A stretch of 63,270 bases of DNA, filler included, from Octopus bimaculoides (Eukaryota): the NCBI RefSeq assembly GCF_001194135.2. It is 6 parts of 5 records of this genome, joined end to end, with 100 filler letters (N's around TTAATTAATTAA, not from the genome) between each part and the next. Parts side by side here need not be neighbours in the genome. Positions count along the whole stretch, not along the records: positions 1 to 16,580 come from NC_068992.1; 5 more parts are not named here. The stretch is one strand, 5' to 3'. The position numbers were made by a program, and so were the translations under genes. Below the pieces are notes generated by a model. That model ran no database searches and was not told the DNA's origin. It was given only the letters and a program-made list of their open reading frames with translations. Shown in pieces: positions 1-13,563 of this stretch. Position 1 is the stretch's first letter; each line of letters begins with the position of its first letter.

Positions 1-68
<68 letters not shown>

Positions 69-929
69 TATGCATGTATGTATTTATATGTATATATGTT
101 TAGATATGGATATGTGCATATACATATATATATATATATGTATATCCATCGAACTACCTGCAGCCCCACCTAAAACAGAAAGAAAAACCGGAAAATATAA
201 TAGCCACCTTCCACCTCCCACACACAACGTGTCACGACCTAACACTATCATTATTACATGAGCAGCAGCAACACCACCGCCACCATTGTCATCGGCGGCT
301 CATCATCGTCTTCGACGACGTCAGCGTTTTGTCGTCGTCGCTAACAGTAGAGCCACTCCTTTCACAGAACGGTACCGATCGTGCATAAGTGCCTGAGTAT
401 TCCACAGACAAGTTTGACCTTAATGTTTGTGACAAAACAGTATCATTTGCATTACTGCTGGAGTTCACCCGACGGTATTCCGTACAATGTACGTCTATGC
501 AATTTTACTCATAAAGACAGCAGCAGCAATGGTAACAGTTGCAGTAGTCGCAGTAGCAGTAGTCGCAGCAGAAGTACAAACCACGGCTGGAAGCAACAAG
601 ATCTGCCACCACCACAGATCACTTCTATAAACACCATCACCAAAACTTTTCTAATTTAGACACAAGGGTTATTTGCTATCGTCGTCACCCTCACCCCAGT
701 GCCTCATTTCATGGGCCCCTAAAGGATGAAAAACCAAGCTGACCTGTTTGTGATTTGAACTCAAAATGTAAGGAACCAGTTCAAATGCAGAAAAGTTACA
801 ACGATGTCAATAACACCGGGTTTTCCAAAGACCTGTTGCCCTAAAACATCGATTGTGTTGGGAACAGGCATTTTTCTGAAAGGAGAAGTTGTTCTCTAAT
901 TAGGTAATGCAACAACGATCAGCATTTTC

Positions 930-1330
930 ACGTTCGAGTCTGTTGAAATATATATAATATATACATACTGAATATGTATGTGACAGACCATGCTTTTCTT
1001 TTGCTGGGCTCAAATCTCATTTCCGGACCCGTGAAAAACGAACCTCCACCAACTATTCTGACTATATGTCTGCGCACACCTTTCAATGCAATGTATGTCA
1101 TAAGATCTGCCAATCTAACGGAGGCCTCAAAAGACATTTTAACATCCGCAGCTCTTGGTGGTCCAAACCAGATATGCAATTTATGCGAGTGTCCGTTCAA
1201 AATATTGTCTGGTTTGAAAAACCACAACAGACGCCATGATGGATCTAAGATGTAGGTACAAGAGGTGGTCAGACTCCGCATAAAGTGTAGACAACCATCA
1301 TATACATACATACATACATACATACATATG
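930..1330 (+). mobile_element. 3' end of an RTE-like LINE with C-terminal C2H2 fingers and (CATA)n tail
   Basis: FQCNVCHKICQSNGGLKRHF (about 1080-1140), then a frameshift to ICNLCECPFKILSGLKNHNRRH*, a short 3' UTR and (CATA)n. Confidence 0.6.
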
Positions 1331-3378
1331 ACAGTGACACAGTATTGATCAAACCATCAGCTGTTGTTATACACCACTGGTCACAATGCGCTTCCAATTG
1401 TCTTGATTGCACTATTCTTTTCCATCTTGACCCAAATTGCTTAACTGAATCTTCTTCCCATCGGCATGGAGACTTTCTAGGCGGCCTTTTCTAATCCCTC
1501 AGATATCACTCGGCAACTACACCGGCCCACCTGCTGTCTGTGAACCTTGTGGCATGTCCGTCCCAGCAGAACTTCTGATTTCAGTACTCTGTGATCACAC
1601 TGATCCGTCTCCAACTTTCTCATTTACGCGTGTGTCTGTGTCTGTGCGTGTCTGCGTGCGCGCGCGCGTGCGTTCGTGTACATATATGTATGTATAATTT
1701 ATTTACTTAATAACAGATTTGTCTGCATGAAATACTAAGCTTCAAAACAAACTATTATTAAATAAAGAAGATATTGATTCGCACCAAATGTGTCGAGTGC
1801 CACTTTTTTTTGTTTGTCCACTCACTTATGTGTATGTCTGTGTGTGTATGTGTGTGTGGATACACACACATACTTATGTATGTGTGCGTATATATATATA
1901 TATATATATATNNNNNNNNNNNNNNNNNNNNNNNNNNNNNNNNNNNNNNNNNNNNNNNNNNNNNNNNNNNNNNNNNNNNNNNNNNNNNNNNNNNNNNNNN
2001 NNNNNNNNNNNNNNNNNNNNNNNNNNNNNNNNNNNNNNNNNNNNNNNNNNNNNNNNNNNNNNNNNNNNNNNNNNNNNNNNNNNNNNNNNNNNNNNNNNNN
2101 NNNNNNNNNNNNNNNNNNNNNNNNNNNNNNNNNNNNNNNNNNNNNNNNNNNNNNNNNNNNNNNNNNNNNNNNNNNNNNNNNNNNNNNNNNNNNNNNNNNN
2201 NNNNNNNNNNNNNNNNNNNNNNNNNNNNNNNNNNNNNNNNNNNNNNNNNNNNNNNNNNNNNNNNNNNNNNNNNNNNNNNNNNNNNNNNNNNNNNNNNNNN
2301 NNNNNNNNNNNNNNNNNNNNNNNNNNNNNNNNNNNNNNNNNNNNNNNNNNNNNNNNNNNNNNNNNNNNNNNNNNNNNNNNNNNNNNNNNNAACTCATATC
2401 TGGAAATCTCATGGCACACTCCGATTGTTGAAAAAAAATCGATAATAGGGTCCCTGGAAGGGATCCTTATATATAGCCAAGGGAAATGACCCATTCATTT
2501 CCCTAAATTATTTGGTAAAAATGAAATTGAGTATGTTTATTTTTTTAGTATTTGAACTGTTAGAGTTATTTTCGCAATTTATCCACTACAACCCTTAAAC
2601 AAGTAAATAGTATTTTTCTAAAAAATAGATCCACATATTTCGGTTAGTGACTTATTCGCGAATATACCAGCATTAGCGCCCCATAGGGTAATATTCTCTG
2701 GAACACACAAAAGCCTTTTTCAGAGTTATTTACTTTGAATTATTATCTCATATCTGATTAGCTTCACGATTTTAGCATACATACATTATTAGTATTTCCT
2801 CCTAAGTTCTATATACTCTGGGAACGCATTAAAGCCCTTTTCGGGGCTACTTTACTTGAATTCTTACTATCGGGTAACTAATTTTATGTTACTACATAAC
2901 TGATTTCACAATTTGGGTATTCATAACTTATTGGGAATTCCTAAAAACAAGATCCTGTGTAAGACAGTTCGGTATTCTCTGTAGATGCACAAAAACCGTT
3001 TTAACGGCTACATATTTTGTATTGTTGTTATTGGATTAGCGAAACCACCTTTCTTTCCTTCCCTGAGCATCTACTAATACTTTACATGTACCACGTCCTT
3101 GCGTTGTTGTTTTTCGTTTTTGTTCCTGGATGGGGCCTAAAGTCTTTAAGTCTTCATGTGTTTTGTTTCTGTATTGGGGTTATCATCGTCAGGCAAAAAA
3201 CTAGTGGGAAGGTAGCGTCTGTAAATTAGCTGTCATTCCCAATTAAGATTGTCTTAGATAACCCACCAACAGAAAGTACTTATTGATATGATTGCCTAAG
3301 AGCCTGTCACCGGTGTGCCCCAGTGTGGCCGTAGTCCAATGACTGAAACAAATGAAACATTAAGACAACAACAACAAC

Positions 3379-3529
<151 letters not shown>

Positions 3530-4113
3530 TCCTGATGCAGTACCAGATGCCATGATGCAGTACCAGGCAGTGGCTCTCATGGTTTCTGACCTTAACTGAT
3601 TGGAAGTCTTATCATGTACATTGTTTTGTCTTGGTATAAAAAGATGGGCTACAACAAATATTCTGCTCAATACCACAGATTTGCTTGTCAGTTGCTTAAT
3701 CTTAACCAGTTGAGCATGTCCCTTGGTGGCTGACGATATGTGCATCTCTGATCACGAGCAGAAGTAGTGGGGGAGCATCATAGCCATGTGTTGAAAGGAA
3801 TTCATTGGGGTTTGGATAATCCACCTTTGGAAACATGGGTGTTTTGTTCATCATCCTCAATCATCCTTAAACAGCCCTTATTCAGGGACCTTTTGAGCGG
3901 GATGGGCTACTCAACCTGAAGAAAATTCTAACTGGGCCCCACCTGCAAGTTAATGCTCTGTTAATCTTGATATGAGAGCACCATGTCGTGCACATATGGT
4001 TGTGAGACATGTGCCTGGTGTACCCTTATCAGACGAGTAGTCATGATGGGTATATTGGGCTTCGTATATTTTACCCCAGTGTCACTTTCATTGCATGCAC
4101 TGCTCTCTCACTC

Positions 4114-4115
<2 letters not shown>
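3530..4115 (+). repeat. Interspersed repeat of about 590 bp embedded between (AAT)n tracts
   Basis: Non-coding, GC-richer than flanks, bounded by (AAT)n at 3378-3525 and (AAT/AAC)n at 4114-4180; class not determinable here. Confidence 0.45.
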
Positions 4116-4157
<42 letters not shown>

Positions 4158-4184
4158 CAACAACAACAACAATAATAATAATCC

Positions 4185-4395
4185 TTTCTACTATAGGCAC
4201 AAGGCCTATAATTTTAGGGGAGGGAACTAGTCGATTAAATCGACTCCAGTGTTTCGCTGGTACTTAATTTATCGACCCCGTAAGGATGAAAAGCAAAGTC
4301 GACCTCAGCGGAATTTGAACTCAGAAAGTAGCGACGGGCGAAATACCGTTAAGCATTTCGTTCAGCGTGCTAACGATTCTGCAAGCTCGCCGCCT
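4185..4395 (-). mobile_element. SINE family B
   Basis: Reverse complement of the family B head and core; a further decayed copy lies at about 4735-4915 and a remnant at about 710-800. Confidence 0.8.
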
Positions 4396-4949
4396 TTGAT
4401 GATGATGATGATAATAATAATAATAATCATAATAATAATGATAATAATAATAACGTGAAGAAAAATAGATATCACTATGAAAAAAAAAAGAAGCCATCTT
4501 TAAAAACAAGATCGTCCAGAAACTTCCACGGTCTTTCTCGCTAAAATATTTTATGGCGAAGTCAGTCAGACGTACATCCGGCAGTATGGCTTTACTGTTG
4601 TATTAGCATTTAATATCCTAACATACATAAGTTTGTGTGCATTTATGTGTGAACTTGAATGTGTGTGTTGTGTGTGTGTTGTTAGACACAGCCTTGTACA
4701 TCGCGTATACCTACAGACTATATACAGAATTCATTTCAATTTTGGCACAAGGCAAGCAATTTTCATAGGCGGAAGTAAATCGAGTACTTGTCTGGTGCTT
4801 AATTCGTAGATCCCGAAAGGACGAAAAGCAAAAGTGACCTCGGTGAATTTTGAACTCAAACCGTAAGGATTAGAAAGAAATATTACGAAAGTGTTTCTGA
4901 AGCTCTTACGATCCTGTCAGCTTACAACCTTTACACAATGCACACATAA

Positions 4950-5160
4950 TACATACATACATATATACATACATACATACATACATACATACATACATAC
5001 ATACATACATACATACATACATACGTACATACAGAGACCCCCATAGATTGCATATCCAATTTGGACCACCAAGAGCTGCAGTTAAGTTTTGATCTTTGTG
5101 GATCTTAAAATGTCTTTTGAGGCCTCTGTTTGATTTGCAGACCTCATCGCATACAAACAC
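4950..5160 (-). mobile_element. Second, inverted copy of the same LINE 3' end
   Basis: VCKSNRGLKRHFKIH...TAALGGPNWICNL matches 1100-1180; abuts a (TATG)n tail. Confidence 0.6.
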
Positions 5161-5878
5161 ACACACACACACGCGCGCGTTAACAAGGCTGCATACCCTC
5201 ACTCATTTACATACACACACATATCTACAATAGAGAGGGCATATCATTGACGAGGTCGGGAATGTGTGTGTGTGTGTGGGAAACGGACTTAGACGGACAC
5301 GAACGTCACTGATTGACCGGCTGATCGAACAAGTATTTAAACAATCGATTACTTAACTGGTTAAACGGTTTACAAATTCACCGCCCCAAAATATNNNNNN
5401 NNNNNNNNNNNNNNNNNNNNNNNNNNNNNNNNNNNNNNNNNNNNNNNNNNNNNNNNNNNNNNNNNNNNNNNNNNNNNNNNNNNNNNNNNNNNNNNNNNNN
5501 NNNNNNNNNNNNNNNNNNNNNNNNNNNNNNNNNNNNNNNNNNNNNNNNNNNNNNNNNNNNNNNNNNNNNNNNNNNNNNNNNNNNNNNNNNNNNNNNNNNN
5601 NNNNNNNNNNNNNNNNNNNNNNNNNNNNNNNNNNNNNNNNNNNNNNNNNNNNNNNNNNNNNNNNNNNNNNNNNNNNNNNNNNNNNNNNNNNNNNNNNNNN
5701 NNNNNNNNNNNNNNNNNNNNNNNNNNNNNNNNNNNNNNNNNNNNNNNNNNNNNNNNNNNNNNNNNNNNNNNNNNNNNNNNNNNNNNNNNNNNNNNNNNNN
5801 NNNNNNNNNNNNNNNNNNNNNNNNNNNNNNNNNNNNNNNNNNNNNNNNNNNNNNNNNNNNNNNNNNNNNNNNNNNNNN

Positions 5879-5914
<36 letters not shown>

Positions 5915-6199
5915 ATGTATGTTTGTATGTACGTATGCATGTATATAACCTGTGACTTTTTTTCTTTTCCTAAGGAGAAACAGCTCCTAGTTTATTGCTT
6001 GTCATGTGACAGGAGAGTAACTGATGTTGGTATTCCATTTAAAAATGCTAAATGTCATTCACTGGCAAAATTACTTAATCAATAAAGGCAGCGTGGCTAT
6101 AAATGATAGGTCAAACAGTACTACACAGTATATCTACAAATAGCCAACACTATATATATTTTTGTGTGTGTATGTGTGTGTACATATGTATGTATGTAT

Positions 6200-6830
6200 C
6201 TATCTATAGGCAGACAGATGTAAAGTCTAGTGGAACCAACTGGATCACTAGTTCTCGATCTTATGTTAGGATTTCATCAGCAACTGAGTATCCTCCTGAA
6301 CTATCCACAGAGAAGTTGCTGCTTATCCCACTGCTACTTAGGTTATAAGTAAATTGGATAGGCAAATTTGCATAGATAACGCATTCTTGTTAGCTTGTTT
6401 GATTAGTGAATTATTGTAGGAACAAAATATTTATATCAGTATGACATGTAGTGCTGGCTAAGATCTATAGATATATATTCTGTAGTGCAGTATAGCATTG
6501 AAACAAAAGAGTGTCAGCCTACCAGTAAATTACTAAATAATAGGAATAATAGTGAATGACTAACGAAGAAGCAAGTAGTTTGTAAAGTACGGCATTGTAT
6601 CTGTGAAGCTGTTGCTTGAACTTTAATCGCAACTAAGTCCGCGTTGTAGATTAGTTCGGTTGATCAGATACAAGATTTTGTCGTAAACACTGACTAATTT
6701 AGACTGGACGATTGGTCCATTAGCTTTCTTAAAGCTGATATGAGCACTTATCGTCAGTTTCAGAACAGTCCACTAATCGTGTCTGGCCAGAATGTTACTC
6801 GACAGGTGTTTGGTGTAAAAGGTTTTTGTA
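6200..6830 (-). mobile_element. Possible 3' fragment of another Penelope-like element
   Basis: Minus strand ILARHD*WTVLKLTISAHISFKK...QSKLVSVY loosely resembles the PLE C-terminus after GIY-YIG, and a hammerhead-like core follows downstream at 6247-6280. Confidence 0.35.
6247..6280 (-). ncRNA. Partial hammerhead-like motif
   Basis: Minus strand CTGATGA-A-ATC(CTAACATAA)GAT-C-GAGA-ACTAGT: core, stem II and palindromic ACTAGT present, but no pairing stem I found. Confidence 0.35.
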
Positions 6831-7754
6831 CCTTTAATTAAACAATCACCGGTAAAATTAAGAGCAAAGAGTGTTTTTTTTCCTCAGATATATAGGATTC
6901 CCAGATGATTGATAATCGATTTTAAAATATTGATAATAATATGAACAACAATATAAATAACAATAATATACAACACCTAAAGGATTGATGGAATTAGTAA
7001 ATTCTTCCACATCGGTAATTCTTACAAAGAAATAATCTCATTATTGCGTTCATTTATTCATTTATTAATGAGATAAATGTTACGTATATTTTATCTGTAT
7101 CATGATGTATAATATAATATATTGTATCAATAATATATATTGTCATATATCATATAATAAATTATATTTTCACCTTTTGTAAACATGTAATGCTGCATTT
7201 CAACAAGGGTGTCCACACGTGGATGCTCAATCTGTTAGATATAATAACCAACTATTCTTCAAATCTCCCTCCACTACCTTAAAAAATAAACAAGAGTTAT
7301 TGGATAATATAGTCCTTGGTATACTCTGCTTTTTTTAAAAAAGGGACGATGTGGTAACAACTTGGAAGGATTTTGGTTATGAGACTGTCATTTAGGTCTG
7401 AGATTAGGCTCAGCCAGCCTCCGTCACTCGCAAGCGAGTATTGCTCGTTGACATGTACCATGTTTTAGCTGCCTGTGTAGTCGCGAGCAGACATCCACAT
7501 CTTCTCGGCTCCTTTCCCCTAGCCTAGTACCGCATTCTTCTGGATGTGACGGCTGGGGAGGGAGAGCAAGAGAGCTGCCCCAGCACCTAGCCAGCGTTCG
7601 TTTACGGCTGAGTAGACTGGGTCCCTATGCAAAATAAAGTACGTTGCTCAAAGACACAACTCCACCTAGTTCTGAGATTGAACTCACGATCCCACGATCA
7701 CGAGCCAAACACAATAATCACCTTTACGATGGCATAAAAACATACCTATTTTAT

Positions 7755-8165
7755 ACAGGAGAGGCTGTGGCAAGAAGCTTGCTTCAGAACCACATGGTTC
7801 CGGGTTCAATCCCACTGCGTGGCACCTTGGGCAAGTGTCTTCTACTATAGCCTCGGGCCGACCAAAGCCTTGCGAGTGGATTTGGTAGACGGAAACTGAA
7901 AGAAGCCCGTCGTATATATATATACGTATGTGTGTGTGTGCCTGTGTTTGTCCCCCCCCCCCCACCATCGCTTGACAACCGATGTTGGTGGGTTTACGTC
8001 TCCGTAATCTAGTGGTTCGGCGAAAAGAATTCGATAGAATAAGTACTAGGCTAACAAAGAATAAGTCCTGAGGTCGATTTGTTCGACTAAAGGCGGTGCT
8101 CCAGCATGACCACAGTCAAATGACTGAAGCAAGTAAAAGAATTGAAGAATAAACGAGTAAAAGAA
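7755..8165 (+). mobile_element. tRNA-derived SINE family A (bipartite, internal microsatellite), full length
   Basis: Head GGCTGTGG.AAG.AGCTTGCTT..AACCACATGGTTCCGGGTTCA.TCCCACTGCGTGGC, internal (TA/TG)n, tail GGTGCTCCAGCATG.CC.CAGTCAAATGACTGAA.CAAGTAAAAGA; many homologous copies in the window. Confidence 0.85.
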
Positions 8166-9294
8166 TTAATTTTCTACACTAATTCCTTCACAAATTTCCT
8201 TCACAAGTTTCATTAACAAGTTTTACGATTCATACGGAAATTTCCAACATAAATTTCACATACATTTTACCTACACTAATTTCATAGACAAATTTCTACA
8301 CAGATTTAATACACAAATTTCTTACGCTTATTTCACACACAAATGTGAGATGAGCTGATAATTATTAAGAAAAAAATATATTTGTGAAAAACTGTTTCGA
8401 AGTCTTCAGTTTCTTTAGTGAGATTATGAATTCACATTGACAATTATTGATACACTTGACTGAGATACGATACTTATAAGAGACATTCTGGAAAAAAAAA
8501 ATCTAGAGTTTTGAGGGGAAAAGAAGTAACCGGCTAACACACAATTTACTGACACTATGTCTGAGGAACAGTGAAAATATGCGTGACTTTTGAAAAAGTT
8601 AAATATGTAAAAGTCGTCAACACATGCGGGATTTGAACTCCTAAACTTCAGGAAGTGAGTGAGTTCAGGTTAATAACTGTAAACTAAGACATGCATCCAT
8701 TGCTCTGCATCTTTCGCCGACGCCCCAGCTTTTAATTGATTAAATATCGATCGATTTATGAACTAATTTATATGCAACACAATTTACACCGCATGCAACA
8801 GTAGCACTAGTTTGCAATATCCATGTCAACAACAGCAACAGCAGCAACAACAACAACAACAACGACAGCAATAGCAATTGCCAGCGGAAGAAGGCTATAT
8901 GCGTCGTCCCATTTGTAACCGCCTAAAAATAGCGAGCAGTTCTTCCTCAAATTGATATACTGCTGTTTTATTTTTTTCAAAAAGGAAGGATACATTGCAT
9001 AATGTGGTATTGTTTTGTTTAAATATAAAAGAGAGGCGATATAACCACGGATGGAAATGTCTTTAAATTAGATTTATTAGATCAGGGCTGCCCTCGCGCT
9101 AAAAAAAAAACACAATAAAAGCAGTATGAATGATAAAAACATAAACAACAGTGTGCAGGAAAGAGAGACAGACAGACAGAAGGAGAACAAGACACAATTA
9201 TATTCTGCAGGTAAATTTGGGGTAGCGGTTTCGAATCACCGTTGAGAACGAATAATATTTATGACTCATATTCATTGGAAGGGAATTAATACTG

Positions 9295-9720
9295 GCTTCA
9301 AATTTAGGCACAAGGCCAGCAATTTCGTTGAGTACATCGTTTCCAATGTTCCACTAATACTTATTTTAATGATCCCGAAATGATTAAAAATAATGGTCGA
9401 CTACGACAGAATTTCAACTCGGAACGTACGAAATGCCGCAAACCGTTTTGCACAGCGTGCCAACGATTCTGCCAGCTGGCCACCTTTGGAACGGGATTAA
9501 TCTTACAACTAGCAGAATCGTTAGCACGCTGGGTAAAACGCTTAGCGATATTTCGTCCGCCCTTAGGTTCTGAGTTCAAATTCTGCCGGGGTGGACTTTG
9601 CCTTTCATCTTTTCAGGATCGATAAAATAAGTACCAGTTGCGTACTGGTGTCGATGTCAACGACTTCCGCCTCCCCTGAAATTGCTGGCCTTGTACAAAA
9701 ATTTGAAACGAATATTACAG
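9295..9720. mobile_element. Head-to-head pair of family B SINEs (minus 9295-9485, plus 9510-9720)
   Basis: CGTGCCAACGATTCTGCCAGC then, about 25 bp later, CTAGCAGAATCGTTAGCACG; tails GGCACAAGGCCAGCAATTTC and GAAATTGCTGGCCTTGTAC are complementary. Confidence 0.8.
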
Positions 9721-10356
9721 CTTGTATTATTGTACAAAGTCAGCTCGGAGGAAACGAGTTCGAATCACGGTTGAGGATTTGTAATTTCATTTATGTTAGT
9801 AATAAGATTAGGAAAGGCATTAATGTCATAACATCCCATTGATTTGTAATACCATAGAATGGCTAGTTTTATTAGATAAAATACAAAACCGATACAGCAT
9901 GCTAATTCGGAGAAACAGTTTCAATTCGCAGTAAAAGATATATTATATTTACGAGGTTGATTAGTAAAATGAAAACGTATGAATGTCACAACTTCACATT
10001 TGTGAGTAGTCACACACAAATAAATAAATAAATAAATAAACTACATAGTATAATAAGCACTAATAGTATCTAGTATCAACTAATGTGGTTGAACTATACA
10101 AAAATTAGAATGCAAAAGTGAAGGTGGACCGTAGAAGGCCTGTGAATATCACTGGTAGTTTGTACACATAGATGTACACATATACATGCACAGACCCAAT
10201 GAATATACATATACATACATAGATACACACACCTACTTACACACACGCACACACACATATTATGCTCAGTTATAATGAAAAATTTACAATAATCTGATGG
10301 GTTAACTATACATTTGTAGCGAACAAATTTATTATACTTAAACAAGAATATTATTG

Positions 10357-10396
10357 ATAGTCATGGCTTAACTGGCCAACACTTCGAAATCACTAT
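10357..10396 (+). ncRNA. Relic of the same hammerhead family as 18116-18160 (core deleted)
   Basis: ATAGT-C(5-nt deletion)AT-GGC(TTAACTG)GCC-AAC-ACTTCGAAAT-C-ACTAT; stem I ATAGT/ACTAT. The downstream 25 nt also align with 18161-18185. Confidence 0.45.
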
Positions 10397-10449
10397 TAAT
10401 CATTCTTTTGTTAAATAGCACACACACATACACACACACACATACACAA

Positions 10450-10484
<35 letters not shown>

Positions 10485-10510
10485 CCTGTATGTATAAATA
10501 TATATGCATG

Positions 10511-10609
<99 letters not shown>

Positions 10610-11869
10610 ATATATATATATAAATATAAATTACACGCGTATACACTCAAACATACAACTATTTTATGTATGCATTATATGTATGCAAATATGTATGTAT
10701 ATATATATCTATATATATATCTATATCTATATCTCTCTTTATATATATGTATATGCATACGTATATATANNNNNNNNNNNNNNNNNNNNNNNNNNNNNNN
10801 NNNNNNNNNNNNNNNNNNNNNNNNNNNNNNNNNNNNNNNNNNNNNNNNNNNNNNNNNNNNNNNNNNNNNNNNNNNNNNNNNNNNNNNNNNNNNNNNNNNN
10901 NNNNNNNNNNNNNNNNNNNNNNNNNNNNNNNNNNNNNNNNNNNNNNNNNNNNNNNNNNNNNNNNNNNNNNNNNNNNNNNNNNNNNNNNNNNNNNNNNNNN
11001 NNNNNNNNNNNNNNNNNNNNNNNNNNNNNNNNNNNNNNNNNNNNNNNNNNNNNNNNNNNNNNNNNNNNNNNNNNNNNNNNNNNNNNNNNNNNNNNNNNNN
11101 NNNNNNNNNNNNNNNNNNNNNNNNNNNNNNNNNNNNNNNNNNNNNNNNNNNNNNNNNNNNNNNNNNNNNNNNNNNNNNNNNNNNNNNNNNNNNNNNNNNN
11201 NNNNNNNNNNNNNNNNNNNNNNNNNNNNNNNNNNNNNNNNNNNNNNNNNNTATATATATATATATACACATATATAAATACATATGAACACATACACACA
11301 AACATATATATATATATACATATATATACATGCATATGTGTGTGATTGTGCGTGCGTGTGTGTGTGTGTGTATCTGTGTGTGTATGTGTAGTTGTAGATG
11401 TATTCAAGTATGTGTTTGTCCATGACTTTGTGTATGTTTAGACAGTTTGAAACTGCTGTTATGTATACGTTGAGGCATTTTATGAGGCGTGATCTCACAG
11501 TTCGATAAAGAGTGATCGATAAAATAAGTACCAGACTGGAATAATTACAAGATAGATATGATTCATCAATACTTTCAAGATGTAGCCCCAGCATGGCTGC
11601 AGACCAGTAACTGAAACACACACACACATACATATATATGCGCTCGCGAACTCATACACTGACACACGTACACACGTATATATATATGTATGTAAGAATA
11701 TATACCTATATGTATATATATGTATGTTTGTATATACATACATATATATACGCACACACCATATATATATATATATATATATATATAAGCATGTTTATAT
11801 ATAAGCATATTTGTAAGTTTATATATTATACATATATTAGTTACTGGACTGTATCTATAATTATATATA

Positions 11870-11919
<50 letters not shown>

Positions 11920-11923
11920 TAGC

Positions 11924-11980
<57 letters not shown>

Positions 11981-12362
11981 CGGCAGAGTGACAAATTAGA
12001 AGTAGGCGTATTAAGGATGGAAAAATATAAAAGAATCATTGAGAGTCAGCGAGTCAAAGCAGTCACTCTTTAGATTGGTATATTGGGAGTGAGCTTAATG
12101 GGATCAAAGAGTAATTTGATTATCTATCGACCATTATATGCATCTAGTTATCTACACACACACATACACACACACACACAGGTATATGTATCGTTTACTT
12201 TTATGTATAGTTGTGTATAAAAAAAATAGAAAGACAAAAGTTCGATGAAGGATTCGGCGATACGTTTTAGTGGAGGAAAATATATTTTTACCAGGGAAAG
12301 GTTGAGTGACACGCACAAACACACGTAATCAATCAATCATTCAATCAGTCAATAAACCATTC

Positions 12363-12591
<229 letters not shown>

Positions 12592-13092
12592 GAGACAAAC
12601 ACTTTCCTCCCTGACGAATCTCTCATCAACTTTCTCAAGTATCACTTGAAGAGGAAGGTGAGAGTAGAGAAGGAAGTTTTATCAAATGAATGCTTCAAAA
12701 CAAAGATGGGTAAAAGATGGGTGAATGTAGCAAGGACGGCACGTGTGAATGACGGAGCCAGCTTGAGCATAATCCTATGAACCAAAAAAAAAAAAAAAAA
12801 GGAAAAAAGAGAGTCACTTACTGTAATGTGTTCTTTGCATGACACTATTGCCCGAGGTTACCGTGGTCTTTTCCGTAGACTTTTCTTTCCACGGATAAAC
12901 CTGATCTGTTTCCCCTTTTACACTATGACATTTCTGTGATACACGATCCCTATTGATCGGCTTCCACCACCTTTTCTTTCACGATCCCTTTTGATCGAAA
13001 TTCTATCCCCACCTTTATTCCTTCCCAAAAAGAAAAGCTCTACTTTGTATTTAGTCTCCTCTGTGTTCAGCCCTGTGTGGCGAATAAAGAAA
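12592..13092 (+). mobile_element. 3' end of an L1/Tx1-like LINE
   Basis: [25 protein letters not shown]...KRWVNVAR resembles the Tx1-clade ORF2 C-terminus; 3' UTR ends in AATAAAGAAA; embedded between (TCTA)n tracts. Confidence 0.55.
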
Positions 13093-13218
13093 CACATCTA
13101 TCTGTCTATCTGTCTATCTGTATATATGTATGTACATATGTATGGATATATGCATGTATATAAATATATACATATGTACGTATGCCTACGTCTGTATGCA
13201 CGTATATATATATATGAG

Positions 13219-13250
<32 letters not shown>

Positions 13251-13532
13251 AGTGTGTGTATGTGTGTGTATTTGTGTGTGTGTGTATGTGTGGTTGCGTG
13301 TATATATATATATATATATATATGGATGGATGGATGGATGGATGGGATATTCAGCCAGGAAATCAAAATTCCATGAGACAGTCTAGAAACGCAGAATCCC
13401 AATTAACCAATTTAATTGATATGATTTGACAATCAAATGCTTTATCAAATATAGTTTTTCTTATTTCTTCTCTGCGATGAAATCTCTACATCCAAATATA
13501 CATACAGAACCCCCCACACACGCACACACACA

Positions 13533-13559
<27 letters not shown>

Positions 13560-13563
<4 letters not shown>

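Noticed and set aside
8170-8345. AAATTTC-rich periodic stretch as a structured RNA
   Set aside because: Better explained as a degenerate minisatellite with a unit of roughly 14 bp.
8385-8420. Minus-strand GAAA-CTGAAGA-CTTC-GAAA-CAGT-T-TTTC hammerhead-like string
   Set aside because: No stem II can form; too short to distinguish from chance.
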